Virus record (IMG/VR): IMGVR_UViG_3300042691_038416 | Span: 60,140-124,139 of that record | Source of the DNA: a virus | DNA: 64,000 nt | Direction: 5' to 3' (one strand) | Shown: in pieces, positions 16,337 through 26,209 of the stretch | How the letters are laid out: every line of letters starts with the position of its first letter | Position numbering within the stretch: the stretch's first letter is position 1 | Notes under the pieces: generated by a model | Database searches by the model: none | Told to the model about the DNA's origin: nothing | The model's input: the letters and a program-made list of their open reading frames with translations, nothing else | Position numbers and translations under genes: made by a program

Positions 16337-16501
16337 TTATTTAATCCATTCTTCATAACCCATAACTATAGCCTCCACAATTGATAATTGAGGATTTTCT
16401 TTCATACTCTTAAGGGCGAATGTGACTACTTCTGCTTCTAATCCATAACCAGAGGCATTTTTAATTGCGTTTCCTATAATTTTAAGTTCTTCTAATTCCA
16501 T
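16337..16501 (-). CDS. Small hypothetical protein (54 aa, not in ORF track)
   Basis: MELEELKIIGNAIK...EEWIK; promoter 16520-16551. Confidence 0.6.
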   Translation of the reverse strand: MELEELKIIGNAIKNASGYGLEAEVVTFALKSMKENPQLSIVEAIVMGYEEWIK

Positions 16502-16553
16502 AACTTTTTTATTATATAATAAATATAAGTTAAAGAATTTAGGAAGCCAAATT

Positions 16554-18875
16554 TTATGGATATAGGTAAGAGGACATTATCTTATAATCTTCACTACCAA
16601 AATGTACTAAAATGACAGAAGCCTCATTTGCTAAAGTTATACTACTATTATTATCAATTGTTCCTCCACTTGGAGCATTTACAGAATAACTAGATCCTCC
16701 ACCAGTGTTTTTTATCATAAAAACTTTTCCTGTCTCATATCCTGTAGCCATATTAAGATCAGTTTTTATTTCTATAGCGCAAAATCTATTATCTATATTA
16801 TCTGTGGCTGTGGCTACACTTAAACCAGGAACAGTTAATGATCTAACACCATCATCATATGTAAAATTAGTATGACCTGTAAAATTATCACTATTCCCAG
16901 CATATTGAACTCGACCTGGAGAACCTCCACTACCGTTATTAGGTTTATAAAATATTGTTGTGGTACCTGCTCCATCATCTGATCCTGAGTAATTGCTACC
17001 AGAAAATTTTAAAACAACAGAATTTGAATATGATGTGGCATTAACTTGTAAATCTTTAAGAGTTCCACCTCCACCGCCACCACCACCTCCAAAAGCACTA
17101 GAGGCAGTATAATATAATTGACCTGTAGTGGTATTGATAGTGACCACATTAGATTGGTTAGTGGTAGTTAACATTGGGAAAAATACACTACCAGAAGAAT
17201 TTAAACTACCTGTGACACTTAATATACTACCATTAAATCTAAAATTAGACTCACCATTTATTGTATTAGCAGTTCCTGTGGCTGTAAGAATATAATTATC
17301 AAAATTATTATTTATAGTTACTCCACTTCCTCCACCAAACGCACTTGATGCTGTATAATATAATTGTCCGGTTGCTGTATTAATTGTGACTACATTAGAT
17401 TGATTAGTAGTGGTTAACTCAGGAAAATAAATGGCTCCTGAGGAAAACATTCGTGTAGTACTAACTCCAAGCATATCAGCTCTAGTACCAGCGTTAGCCC
17501 CTTTACCTATAACAAATACATCTGTTGTGTTATTTTGTTTGTTATAATAACCTATAGCTGTTTGAGCTGAACCTGACGCTATAGTTCCTACACCTGAGGC
17601 ATGAGAAAAATTTCCAAACGCTGTTGTTTCTGATCCTTCAGCATGTGAGGCTGTTCCTATAGCATTTGTAACTGATCCCTCAGCATGTGAGTATACTCCT
17701 GATGCTGTTGTGACATTTCCTTCTGAGTGAGCATATACTCCTAGTGCTGTAGTACTATATCCTTCAGCATGTGATGAGGCTCCTGATGCAAAAGTTAACT
17801 GACCTTCAGCGTGTGAATATAAACCAGCAGCAGTAGTATTAATTCCTTGAGCTAAACTTTTAGATTCATATTGGAAAAGAAAACTAGCATCTCCTTCAAA
17901 AGTACTAGCTGAATTAAACTGTACTGAATATTCTACACCACCCGGATTTGTACTTCCTCCTCCACCAAATGCGCTTGATGCTGTATAATATAGTTGTCCT
18001 GTAGTTGTGTTAATAGTTACAACATTTGACTGATTTGTTGTTGTTAACCCTGGAAGAAAAACATTTCCTGAGGCAAATGTTCTAGTTGAACTTACTCCAA
18101 AAGCATCTGCTCTTGATCCTATACCTGCTCCATTACCAACTGTAAATAAATCAGTTGTATTACCTTGTGTGTTATATTGGCCTACTACAGTTTGCGCTGC
18201 TCCAGAAGCTACTGTATTTTGACCTAAAGCTGTTGAAGCTTCTCCTTTAGCAACAGTACCAGCATTAGCAGCAAATGAGTAGTTTCCTGATGCGTGCGCA
18301 CTTAAATTAAATGCTGCTGTTTGGGTTCCAGAAGCAGTACTATTATATCCAAAAGCAATTGATCTATTTCCACTTACTAATGAATATCCTCCTCCAACAA
18401 ATCCACCATCCCCATCAATAGTGATAATATTATTATCACCCATAGCTAAAGCTGAGTTCCCAGAAACATTATTATTTTGTCCAAATGCTACTGAGCTATC
18501 ACTTCCTGATATATTTAAATTATAACCAACAGCTATTGAGTTGATTGCATTCACTACAGGAGGTGCTCCGCCACCTGATGATCCTAAAGATAAACTTCTA
18601 GATTCATACTGATAAAGAAAATTATCATCACCTTCTAAAACACTAGCTGAGTTAAATTGAACAGAATATTCTACTCCGCCAGGAGGTGTTCCTCCTCCTC
18701 CAAGAGCAGTTGAAGCTGTGATAAATACTCGTCCACTGCTACTTATTATTAGTACATCAGATACAGTTGTTGGTGGTGTTGTTAGTGTTGTGAAATCTAC
18801 ACTACCTGAAACAAGTAAACTACTTGATACTTTTAGATCTTTAAAACTACCTGATCGAGCTACAAATGTTGGCAT
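16554..18875 (-). CDS. Virion fibre/adhesin-like protein with YadA-head (Hep_Hag)-like repeats
   Basis: 14-aa ASGxxSHAEG repeats; 3x LTTTNQSNVVTINTxTGQLYYTASSAFGGG; 2x PGGVEYSVQFNSAS. Confidence 0.75.
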   Translation of the reverse strand: MPTFVARSGSFKDLKVSSSLLVSGSVDFTTLTTPPTTVSDVLIISSSGRVFITASTALGGGGTPPGGVEYSVQFNSASVLEGDDNFLYQYESRSLSLGSSGGGAPPVVNAINSIAVGYNLNISGSDSSVAFGQNNNVSGNSALAMGDNNIITIDGDGGFVGGGYSLVSGNRSIAFGYNSTASGTQTAAFNLSAHASGNYSFAANAGTVAKGEASTALGQNTVASGAAQTVVGQYNTQGNTTDLFTVGNGAGIGSRADAFGVSSTRTFASGNVFLPGLTTTNQSNVVTINTTTGQLYYTASSAFGGGGSTNPGGVEYSVQFNSASTFEGDASFLFQYESKSLAQGINTTAAGLYSHAEGQLTFASGASSHAEGYSTTALGVYAHSEGNVTTASGVYSHAEGSVTNAIGTASHAEGSETTAFGNFSHASGVGTIASGSAQTAIGYYNKQNNTTDVFVIGKGANAGTRADMLGVSTTRMFSSGAIYFPELTTTNQSNVVTINTATGQLYYTASSAFGGGSGVTINNNFDNYILTATGTANTINGESNFRFNGSILSVTGSLNSSGSVFFPMLTTTNQSNVVTINTTTGQLYYTASSAFGGGGGGGGGTLKDLQVNATSYSNSVVLKFSGSNYSGSDDGAGTTTIFYKPNNGSGGSPGRVQYAGNSDNFTGHTNFTYDDGVRSLTVPGLSVATATDNIDNRFCAIEIKTDLNMATGYETGKVFMIKNTGGGSSYSVNAPSGGTIDNNSSITLANEASVILVHFGSEDYKIMSSYLYP

Positions 18876-18876
18876 A

Positions 18877-20682
18877 TTAGTTATTGTATGGTGTTGCTAT
18901 CCAGTAAACATTACCGGTTAATGCGTCTGTTGAGTTTGAGTTAATTGTGAATGCATTCGCTACTTTCCCTTCTATTGTCCATGACCTAGCATCTTCACCA
19001 GTGACTGTTATAGCATAATTAGTATTAGGATATACTACTGAGAAATTAACTGTTGCTTGATAATTATCTACTCCACCTGGCTGTGTGAATGAACCAGGTG
19101 CTACTTCTCCTGCTTTTAATGTTGGTATATAAGAAGCTGTAGGAGCATATGAGGCAGACACAGCATATGAACTTGATAAAGCATATGAACTACTTAAAGC
19201 ATATGAACTACTCAAAGCATAAGATGAACTAACAGCGTGACTAGCTGTCCCAATTAATTGACCAGTTAATGATCCAGTATATGAACCTGTAAAACTAGTT
19301 GCTGAGATTGAGGTGAGTCCTGTTATAGTAGAAGCTAATGTTAAACTATCACTAGATTCTACAGCTAAATTAGTACCAGCTAAATCAGTTAATAAATCAG
19401 AGTAAATAATATATTTATTGGCTCCATCATTTACAAATACTTTATCTGATGAAGCTAAGTTAGTTGTAGCTACAGTTGGGAATACTGGTGTTGCTGTTAC
19501 ATTTGTTAATCCGGCTCCATTTCCAGTAAATGATCCACTAAATGAACCTGTTAAACTTGAATTAGCTCCAGTTAACTGAATTGATGTATTACCTGTTATT
19601 GTAGTGCCATTATCTGTTAGACTAGAATTAGCAAATGCAGTTCCAGTCCATTTAGTTATAACATCAGTTGTTAAAGCTGAGGCTCCACTCACAGCTACAG
19701 TTTGAGCTGATCCTCCATTATATGAGAATGCAGTTATACCTGTACCTTGAGATAAGGAACTCCCTACAGATCCAGCACCTGGAGCATATGAGGCTGATAC
19801 AGCATATGAACTAGACAGAGCATATGATGAACTTAAGGCATAGCTAGAACTTATAGCCACACTAGCACTTTCTGCCCAACTTGCTGTTCCTGTTAATGTT
19901 CCTATAAATGAACCACTAAATGAACCTGTGTTAAAAACAATATCAAAAGTAGATCCATCTCCTTTAGTAAATGTAATAGTTCCATTAGCTATAGAAGCTG
20001 TTATAAGTGAGTTATTAGAAGTAAGAGCAGTGGATGAAGTATAAAATACTTGTTTTGAAGAACTATCAAATACTAAAACACTAGGTTTGCTAGCTACTTG
20101 TGTTAAACCAGGTAAATATAAAGAATTTGAGACATATGTAGCTGTAGAATTTACTCCAAAAGCATCTGCTCTAGTTGTTATACTTCCACTTCCAATAATA
20201 AATAAATCTGTTGTATTACCACTTTTATTATAAGTACCTATTGCTACTTGTCCATTACCTGCCGCTATTGTTCCTTCACCTGCCGCAAATGAGTAATCAC
20301 CTGATGCCACAGTACTTGAACCTATTGATTTAGCATAATCACCTGATGCTTGTGTGCTATTTCCTTCAGCATGTGAATGATTTCCACTAGCTATATTTGA
20401 TAAACCTTCAGCGTGAGCGTAATCACCTGACGCGGTTGTACCTTTTCCTTCAGCATGTGAGTATAAACCTGACGCGTCTGAGCCACTTCCGTGGGCAAAT
20501 GATGTTGAACCATCAGTTGAATTAATTAAATTACCTTGAATAAGATCAGCATCTATAATAATAGTATTTTGAGCAGTCCCATTTAAAGCATTAATTATTC
20601 TAGCGACGTGTTCCGCCTGAACTATCTGTCCAGTAACAATAGGATTGGGTGAAGCTCCTGAGCCGGTATTTAATGTAGCCAT
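18877..20682 (-). CDS. Virion fibre-like protein with SHAEG and SSSYAL repeats
   Basis: Hep_Hag-like repeats, GSFSGSF motifs, possible C-terminal lectin-like module. Confidence 0.75.
   Translation of the reverse strand: MATLNTGSGASPNPIVTGQIVQAEHVARIINALNGTAQNTIIIDADLIQGNLINSTDGSTSFAHGSGSDASGLYSHAEGKGTTASGDYAHAEGLSNIASGNHSHAEGNSTQASGDYAKSIGSSTVASGDYSFAAGEGTIAAGNGQVAIGTYNKSGNTTDLFIIGSGSITTRADAFGVNSTATYVSNSLYLPGLTQVASKPSVLVFDSSSKQVFYTSSTALTSNNSLITASIANGTITFTKGDGSTFDIVFNTGSFSGSFIGTLTGTASWAESASVAISSSYALSSSYALSSSYAVSASYAPGAGSVGSSLSQGTGITAFSYNGGSAQTVAVSGASALTTDVITKWTGTAFANSSLTDNGTTITGNTSIQLTGANSSLTGSFSGSFTGNGAGLTNVTATPVFPTVATTNLASSDKVFVNDGANKYIIYSDLLTDLAGTNLAVESSDSLTLASTITGLTSISATSFTGSYTGSLTGQLIGTASHAVSSSYALSSSYALSSSYALSSSYAVSASYAPTASYIPTLKAGEVAPGSFTQPGGVDNYQATVNFSVVYPNTNYAITVTGEDARSWTIEGKVANAFTINSNSTDALTGNVYWIATPYNN
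19144..19232. repeat. 18-bp tandem repeat (SSSYAL); second block at 19781-19851
   Basis: agcatatgaactacttaa-type units. Confidence 0.8.
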
Positions 20683-20702
20683 TTATGAATCTAGATTTTG
20701 TT

Positions 20703-20711
20703 ATAAATATT
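20703..20711 (-). promoter_or_regulatory. Putative late promoter AATATTTAT (no -33 box)
   Basis: Also at 25637, 28281, 58901, 61226; variants at 47447, 52622, 59952; each shortly upstream of a gene start. Confidence 0.55.
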
Positions 20712-20731
20712 TACAAAACCTAGAAACACCC

Positions 20732-21316
20732 TTAATTCTCGAATATATTTTTTAGTTTTTCAGTTTCAATAATACGTTGAAGTCTACTAACATATAAACT
20801 ATCTTCAGCATATCTTTCTCCAAGTTTTCTAAAATATTCAGATTCATTAGAAACATTACACATTACAGAACTTTGATACATAGCGTAATCATATACACAA
20901 TCCACCCAGTCTCTATAAGACGCATATGTATTTTTTTCACCTTGAGCTGAGGTGACACGTTGGCGTGCTTTACGCATACCGAACATATTATTATTTTGTT
21001 TAAATACTTTACTAGTGAAATTTCCTGATTCTAGTTTAGCCTGAGCTAGCACAATATGTGGGTATTTCACATTACAGCTCTCTAATAGTTTTATTAATGC
21101 TTTTTCACTGAAAGGTACAGATGGTATAGTAATTGTATCTGTTGTTTTTCGATGGATTATCCTACTAATTGCTTTATTAGAGGAAGCATATCCCAAACCA
21201 AACACTAATACTATAAGTGTGAGAAATCCAATTATTGGAGTTCTAAACTTAACAGGTACATAGACCAGTTTTTCTTTATTAAAATAAAATAGTTTCATAT
21301 TTTTATTGATTTTCAT
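20732..21316 (-). CDS. Glucosaminidase (GH73-like) peptidoglycan hydrolase with N-terminal TM
   Basis: AQAKLESG, NNMFGM, YAED..Y motifs. Confidence 0.85.
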   Translation of the reverse strand: MKINKNMKLFYFNKEKLVYVPVKFRTPIIGFLTLIVLVFGLGYASSNKAISRIIHRKTTDTITIPSVPFSEKALIKLLESCNVKYPHIVLAQAKLESGNFTSKVFKQNNNMFGMRKARQRVTSAQGEKNTYASYRDWVDCVYDYAMYQSSVMCNVSNESEYFRKLGERYAEDSLYVSRLQRIIETEKLKNIFEN

Positions 21317-21511
21317 TATCGATTTCTTCTCGTTGAATTGAAATAATAATAATTACCATCACATGAAAAAGACTTACTAATAATTGATGATTAGTAGGTT
21401 CAGGAACCGCAAATAAGGTATGAAGTAATGATACTAATGATACTAGATATATAATTCCTACTATAAACCTTTTCATAACCTTTTATTTTATTTAAGCTAA
21501 ATATATTGAAA

Positions 21512-21533
21512 AAGGCTCGGTAATCCGAGCCTT
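21512..21533 (-). terminator. 22-bp palindrome embedded in promoter (copies at 25081, 26185, 56856)
   Basis: AAGGCTCGG-4 nt-CCGAGCCTT followed by T-run on minus strand. Confidence 0.7.
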
Positions 21534-21537
21534 CCTT

Positions 21538-21798
21538 TTAGAATCTATTTGCTATTTTTCTTAACAATTCATCCTCTTCATTTGTTAATTGGAGTCGATT
21601 TTTATAAATCTTAATTAACATATCATTAAATTCTTTTTCCAAAACTGATGATTTTGGATCAGAATTAAGAATGAACCATCGACCTGTTGATTTTAAAGTA
21701 TCAACAAATTTATTGATATCTCTTTCACTACATAATTCAATAAATTCATCTACACTTAGATCAATTTCTGCTTCTACATCTTTATAAAATTGTGGCAT
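21538..21798 (-). CDS. Hypothetical protein
   Basis: ORF downstream of clpP-like gene. Confidence 0.65.
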   Translation of the reverse strand: MPQFYKDVEAEIDLSVDEFIELCSERDINKFVDTLKSTGRWFILNSDPKSSVLEKEFNDMLIKIYKNRLQLTNEEDELLRKIANRF

Positions 21799-21810
21799 AA
21801 CTTTTTATTT

Positions 21811-22494
21811 TTAAGGTTTATAAATTTCATCTGCGAATCCTAAATCAACTGTTTCTTCAGCTGTTAGGATAGTATCAAAATTCAGCATTTCTTTTAATAC
21901 TGATCTGAGTTCTTCTTTTTTAGTTTCTGCTTTCCTAGAAAACGTTTTAGGTGAATCTAATATACTTGATAAAGTTTTAGCTAAATATCCATGACCTTCT
22001 TTTTCTTCCTTATCTAACATAGCTTTAAGGTATATTTCCTCCATATCATAATTTATACGTCTTTCCTCATTTACCCATTTTTCAATTAATGGTAAAGAAG
22101 CATCATCAAATGAAGTACCTCCATAATGTATCATAAATCTACTATTAGGCATCAGAATACGATTATCAGCCGCTTGTAAAATAATACTACCCATACTCAT
22201 AGCATAACCATACACTTTAATAGTACAATGACATCTAGCGTTTTGAATAGCATCATAAATAGCCATTCCATGATACCACTCACCACCTGGGTTATTCATG
22301 ATGATAGTGATTTCATTATCGTTTTTAGATTCTAAAACATGCAATCCTTTAATAAATGATTCAGCCATTAAGTGATCAACACCTGATTCATATTCAGAAG
22401 TTCTATCAACTGAGCCCATATATAGGACTCTATTTTCTACATCTAGATTATGGTTAAACCATTTATCTATGCTTTCTTTTGTTAGTGTTGCCAT
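21811..22494 (-). CDS. clpP: ClpP-family protease
   Basis: NNPGG, G.AIYDAI, YAMSMGS (catalytic Ser), FMIH, AEETVDLGFAD. Confidence 0.88.
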   Translation of the reverse strand: MATLTKESIDKWFNHNLDVENRVLYMGSVDRTSEYESGVDHLMAESFIKGLHVLESKNDNEITIIMNNPGGEWYHGMAIYDAIQNARCHCTIKVYGYAMSMGSIILQAADNRILMPNSRFMIHYGGTSFDDASLPLIEKWVNEERRINYDMEEIYLKAMLDKEEKEGHGYLAKTLSSILDSPKTFSRKAETKKEELRSVLKEMLNFDTILTAEETVDLGFADEIYKP

Positions 22495-22495
22495 A

Positions 22496-23575
22496 TTATT
22501 CGTAACTTTCTCTATCTATCTTAATCACATATGGAAACCTAGGTACTCCATCTGGTGTTAAGTTAAAATATTTTACTGTAGCTGATTTACCTATTAATTG
22601 GTCTCGTTCAGCCCACATACGTTGACATTCCTCCCAATTGAATTTAGGTGATGAATTAAAACGTTTACCTGTTTTACTTTCAAATATAAATGAACCTACC
22701 ATTCCTGTCTTGTTACCAATCCCTTCCTCAACACCTAGAATAGTATATTCTTCATCAATAAATGATTTATGTTTTAAAAGTGATTTGGAGCGTTTATTTT
22801 CATATGGTTTGTCTAAACGAACCATTTGACCTTCATAACCCCAATCAATATAATCTTCATACCAGTCTTTTAATATATCTTCATCTCCACAAACATCAGT
22901 TCTTACTCGTTTACAACAATCAGGTAAACTCATCTCAATTAATGTTGTATATCTTTCTATAAATGTTCCTTTATGGCTTGGTAAATCGTAAATATGATAT
23001 TCAATCGCTTTAGCTGATGCGTTTAAGTCCTCTACTGTTGGCTTAGTCTTTTTAACCAATGAACAAATAGCGTTGAAATCATTTGCAAACTTATCAGCAT
23101 ATAACTCACCATCAAATATTAGATTTGGATTATCTTTAAACAGCGACTCCATTGTCTCAAAAATATGAGGTGCACTAATAATTCGTTTTCCATTTCTACT
23201 CCACATTCCATCTTTCTTTACAATACAACGAATACCATCTAATTTTGGTTGTGAGTATACTGGGTATTTTATTTTGGATTTTTCTTTATGCCAGTCATGA
23301 GCTAACATTGGTTCAAAAAATGTTTCATTATCAATATCAGAGATATTTTCAAATGAACCTGCTTCCATTTTCTTACGATGAAGCGCAGTTGCCTCCTTCA
23401 TGGCTTGTTCCTCAGCTGTACAATATGATTTAGCAGCACATACTTTCCATTCAGATACTGTTTTAATTCCATCAGTATAACCTGATATGGTTCTGTATTT
23501 GTTGCCTTCTACTTCAACAACATATTCATTAATTTTGCCGTTTGTAGCGCGAGAGTATAGTGTGTTTAGTTTCAT
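22496..23575 (-). CDS. ATP-dependent DNA ligase
   Basis: PMLA, QPKLDGIRC, FDGELY, YEGQMVR, LLKHK, GVPRFP. Confidence 0.93.
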   Translation of the reverse strand: MKLNTLYSRATNGKINEYVVEVEGNKYRTISGYTDGIKTVSEWKVCAAKSYCTAEEQAMKEATALHRKKMEAGSFENISDIDNETFFEPMLAHDWHKEKSKIKYPVYSQPKLDGIRCIVKKDGMWSRNGKRIISAPHIFETMESLFKDNPNLIFDGELYADKFANDFNAICSLVKKTKPTVEDLNASAKAIEYHIYDLPSHKGTFIERYTTLIEMSLPDCCKRVRTDVCGDEDILKDWYEDYIDWGYEGQMVRLDKPYENKRSKSLLKHKSFIDEEYTILGVEEGIGNKTGMVGSFIFESKTGKRFNSSPKFNWEECQRMWAERDQLIGKSATVKYFNLTPDGVPRFPYVIKIDRESYE

Positions 23576-23580
23576 AACCT

Positions 23581-23766
23581 TTATATAATATCAAAATATA
23601 AACATATTAAATAAGTAACAGTGAACCATATCACTAAACTTATCCAATCTTTTTCTTTAATAGTTTTAATAATCCATTCTACAATATTATAGATGAAACC
23701 AATAATTACTAAAATAATTAAAAATAACCACATGTTTTCTAAGAATGAATTTTTATTTGTACTCAT
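23581..23766 (-). CDS. Small membrane protein
   Basis: Two TM segments; promoter 23783-23814. Confidence 0.6.
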   Translation of the reverse strand: MSTNKNSFLENMWLFLIILVIIGFIYNIVEWIIKTIKEKDWISLVIWFTVTYLICLYFDII

Positions 23767-23800
23767 AACTTTTTTATCTCTATAAATATAAGAAAAAAGA

Positions 23801-24085
23801 TCAAGTAAGCCTAATACTTCTTAATTTTAATTTTGTATATTCTTTTAAATTTTTAACAAGAACCATGTAAACATCTCGATGTATTCTTGATTTAATGCAA
23901 TATATTTCAAAATTTTTTATAATTCTAAAACAACAATCTATATGGTTCCCAGTTGTACAAGACTTAATAATAGATAATATCTTATTATATTTAATACGAA
24001 TCTTTTTAAATTCGTCCGAATGCTCTAGTGTCTTTGATTTTCCTTGGGTCCACATCATTTGGGAAAAGAAGTCCTCGCTTCTCAA
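23801..24085 (-). CDS. Hypothetical protein (start uncertain)
   Basis: ORF; overlaps upstream gene. Confidence 0.5.
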   Translation of the reverse strand: MRSEDFFSQMMWTQGKSKTLEHSDEFKKIRIKYNKILSIIKSCTTGNHIDCCFRIIKNFEIYCIKSRIHRDVYMVLVKNLKEYTKLKLRSIRLT

Positions 24086-24317
24086 CTTTATCTAGATTAA
24101 CAATGGTATTTGTACCATATAAATATGTGGGACCTTCATAGATTTCAGTAACATATTCCTTACCCTTAATCTGAGATATTCTTCTAGGATATGTAAATGA
24201 TCTAAATTCTCTACAAGTCACTCTATACCAATTTCCATTTGGTAATTGAACTTCTAAACACCCAGCTGAATTAAATGGGTATTCTAACTTTATTGTTGCG
24301 CCTCTTTTTTCTGACAT
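24006..24317 (-). CDS. Hypothetical phage protein
   Basis: WYRVTCREFRSF motif. Confidence 0.65.
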   Translation of the reverse strand: MSEKRGATIKLEYPFNSAGCLEVQLPNGNWYRVTCREFRSFTYPRRISQIKGKEYVTEIYEGPTYLYGTNTIVNLDKVEKRGLLFPNDVDPRKIKDTRAFGRI

Positions 24318-24528
24318 TTGGTTTAGTATCTAAAAACATTTGTTCTAATTTAAGATGATAATGCATTTGTAGAAAATTAAATTTTTCTTGACCTTGTAAT
24401 GGTTTTGCTTCATCTAAGTCTTCTGAGAAGAATGGATAACCTTCTCTACAACCTGCAAATACTCTAGCTCGTTCATCTAAAATAATGAACTCAGGTTCTT
24501 CTTCATACTCCTGTCTACTCTTCTTCAT
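24271..24528 (-). CDS. Hypothetical protein
   Basis: Coupled ORF. Confidence 0.6.
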   Translation of the reverse strand: MKKSRQEYEEEPEFIILDERARVFAGCREGYPFFSEDLDEAKPLQGQEKFNFLQMHYHLKLEQMFLDTKPNVRKKRRNNKVRIPI

Positions 24529-24770
24529 TTTTGTTTTTTATATTTTTTAAATGCTTCATCTAGGTAATGAGATAGTTCAGATGGCACATCTTCATTAAGT
24601 GGCTCTAAATATTTTTTTAGATTCTTTTTATCAAATGCATACCAAGCAAAAGTATATTTTATATAAATCTTATCTCCTTCTTCTTTATAATTAAAAGTCA
24701 TCTCATCTGAGGTGATAATTGGGAATACTTCAATTAGTGCTTTTTTAGCTTTTGTTCGTTTCCAACTCAT
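24525..24770 (-). CDS. Hypothetical protein
   Basis: Coupled ORF (ATGA overlap). Confidence 0.6.
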   Translation of the reverse strand: MSWKRTKAKKALIEVFPIITSDEMTFNYKEEGDKIYIKYTFAWYAFDKKNLKKYLEPLNEDVPSELSHYLDEAFKKYKKQK

Positions 24771-25051
24771 ATAATTCCTAATTCTTTAGCTCTAGTATAA
24801 GCAACCATCTTACCATTAGCTGGGTTTAAATATTTACGTTTTGTTTTAGGTAATTTTTCATTTTCAACCTCATCAATCTCATCCTTAAACCATCCTTTAG
24901 GATAAAATATCTCAACCATAAGAGGCCCATTTGGACTTTTATCTAAGTCATAGTGCCATTTTTGACTAACACCATCCTCAAATTTAACATCCCGAATAAA
25001 TTTTCGTGGTTGTGATTCAGCGGTTTGTTCAACTGGTCTACCTTTCGCCAT
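24767..25051 (-). CDS. Hypothetical protein
   Basis: MAKGRP start; promoter 25067-25098. Confidence 0.65.
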   Translation of the reverse strand: MAKGRPVEQTAESQPRKFIRDVKFEDGVSQKWHYDLDKSPNGPLMVEIFYPKGWFKDEIDEVENEKLPKTKRKYLNPANGKMVAYTRAKELGII

Positions 25052-25113
25052 AACCTTAATTTTTATTAAATATAAAAAAGAAGGCTCGGTATTCCGAGCC
25101 TTTTTAAATTTTA

Positions 25114-25620
25114 TTAATCACCTTTATATTTCAAACTATCATAAAAGCGTTGAACCGCTTCTTGATATTCTGGTGACTCTTCGTAATCTTTTATTCTTTT
25201 TTGATGAGCTAAATATTCATCAGATACTAATGTACCTCTCACAATATTATCTTTACCAGCAATTGAGATTCTTTCAGTTGTAAATCTTGGTTCTTCACCA
25301 TTATATGTAGATTTATATGTATCTACCCATTTTTTAGCTTTTTCTTTAGAGTATAAGAAACCATTTTCAGCCCCAATATTTGGAACCAAAATAAAGATAT
25401 CAATATACCTCATATCTTTTCTAGGAACTTCTTTATCAGTTTCAGGCAAATCATTATATGTAGGTAATTTTTCTAATGGTAAACCTAATCTATTACCTTT
25501 TCCACCTGTTGGAGGTACAAACCCAATTGCTTTTTTAAGTGCAGCATTAATTGGATCTTCTGCTTCTAGAATAGATTTAACTTCTTCTTGTATGATTTGC
25601 TTTAATTCTGATTTTTTCAT
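25114..25620 (-). CDS. Putative internal head protein (MKKSELKQIIQEEV leader)
   Basis: Leader identical to 26210-27175; late-type motif at 25637. Confidence 0.55.
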   Translation of the reverse strand: MKKSELKQIIQEEVKSILEAEDPINAALKKAIGFVPPTGGKGNRLGLPLEKLPTYNDLPETDKEVPRKDMRYIDIFILVPNIGAENGFLYSKEKAKKWVDTYKSTYNGEEPRFTTERISIAGKDNIVRGTLVSDEYLAHQKRIKDYEESPEYQEAVQRFYDSLKYKGD

Positions 25621-25621
25621 A
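25580..25621. repeat. 42-bp exact direct repeat (second copy 27135-27176)
   Basis: Encodes MKKSELKQIIQEEV in both genes. Confidence 0.9.
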
Positions 25622-25643
25622 TTTGTAGTATATGTTATAAATA

Positions 25644-26153
25644 TTATGCCTTCTTTGGTCTTCCACGTTTACCAGTGCTTCTCTTCTGTCTCTCAATACG
25701 TTCTGCTTCTCTAGCCGCTTTCACTTCAGGATCAAGCGCTCTACGCCCACGTTTACCTCCAGTTGGTTTATACACTGCTATTGATTTAAGTTCACTTGGA
25801 TCTTTTTTAGGACGACCACGTTTACCTTTAGGTCCAGTTGTTACTTTTTCCTTAACAGTGTTTTGAGCTTTAGAAAAATAATTTTTCATACCTAACTGAT
25901 ATGGGTGTACTACTACCTCATCTAAATAGAAATTATATGTACCTCCATCAGGGCCAGTCACCTCAAATCCACCTTGTGGAAAACCCGGTGAACCTGGTTC
26001 AAAACGTTTTCTAAGTGTAAAATACATTTGTGGATCATCAAAGTGACGAGCTGGCAGTACTCTACAATTAGGTTTAAAATTTAGGAATTTTTCCTCAACA
26101 TCTGTGAAATACTTGTAAGGAGGAAATGCTTCTGTGTTTTCGTTGATTTTCAT
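25644..26153 (-). CDS. Protein with C-terminal AT-hook repeats
   Basis: KRGRPKK x2, KRGRR. Confidence 0.7.
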   Translation of the reverse strand: MKINENTEAFPPYKYFTDVEEKFLNFKPNCRVLPARHFDDPQMYFTLRKRFEPGSPGFPQGGFEVTGPDGGTYNFYLDEVVVHPYQLGMKNYFSKAQNTVKEKVTTGPKGKRGRPKKDPSELKSIAVYKPTGGKRGRRALDPEVKAAREAERIERQKRSTGKRGRPKKA

Positions 26154-26209
26154 AACCTTTTTATTTAAGTTAAATATATGAAAAAGGGCCCGGTAATCCG
26201 AGCCCTAAA

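Noticed and set aside
153-16551. CRISPR-like array suggested by regularly recurring motif, with a Cas4-like gene at 47467
   Set aside because: Repeats are degenerate and separated by whole genes; Cas4-like PD-(D/E)XK nucleases are common stand-alone phage replication genes.
16554-20682. Diversity-generating retroelement acting on fibre genes
   Set aside because: Repeats differ at synonymous positions rather than only at adenines, and no reverse transcriptase is present in the window.
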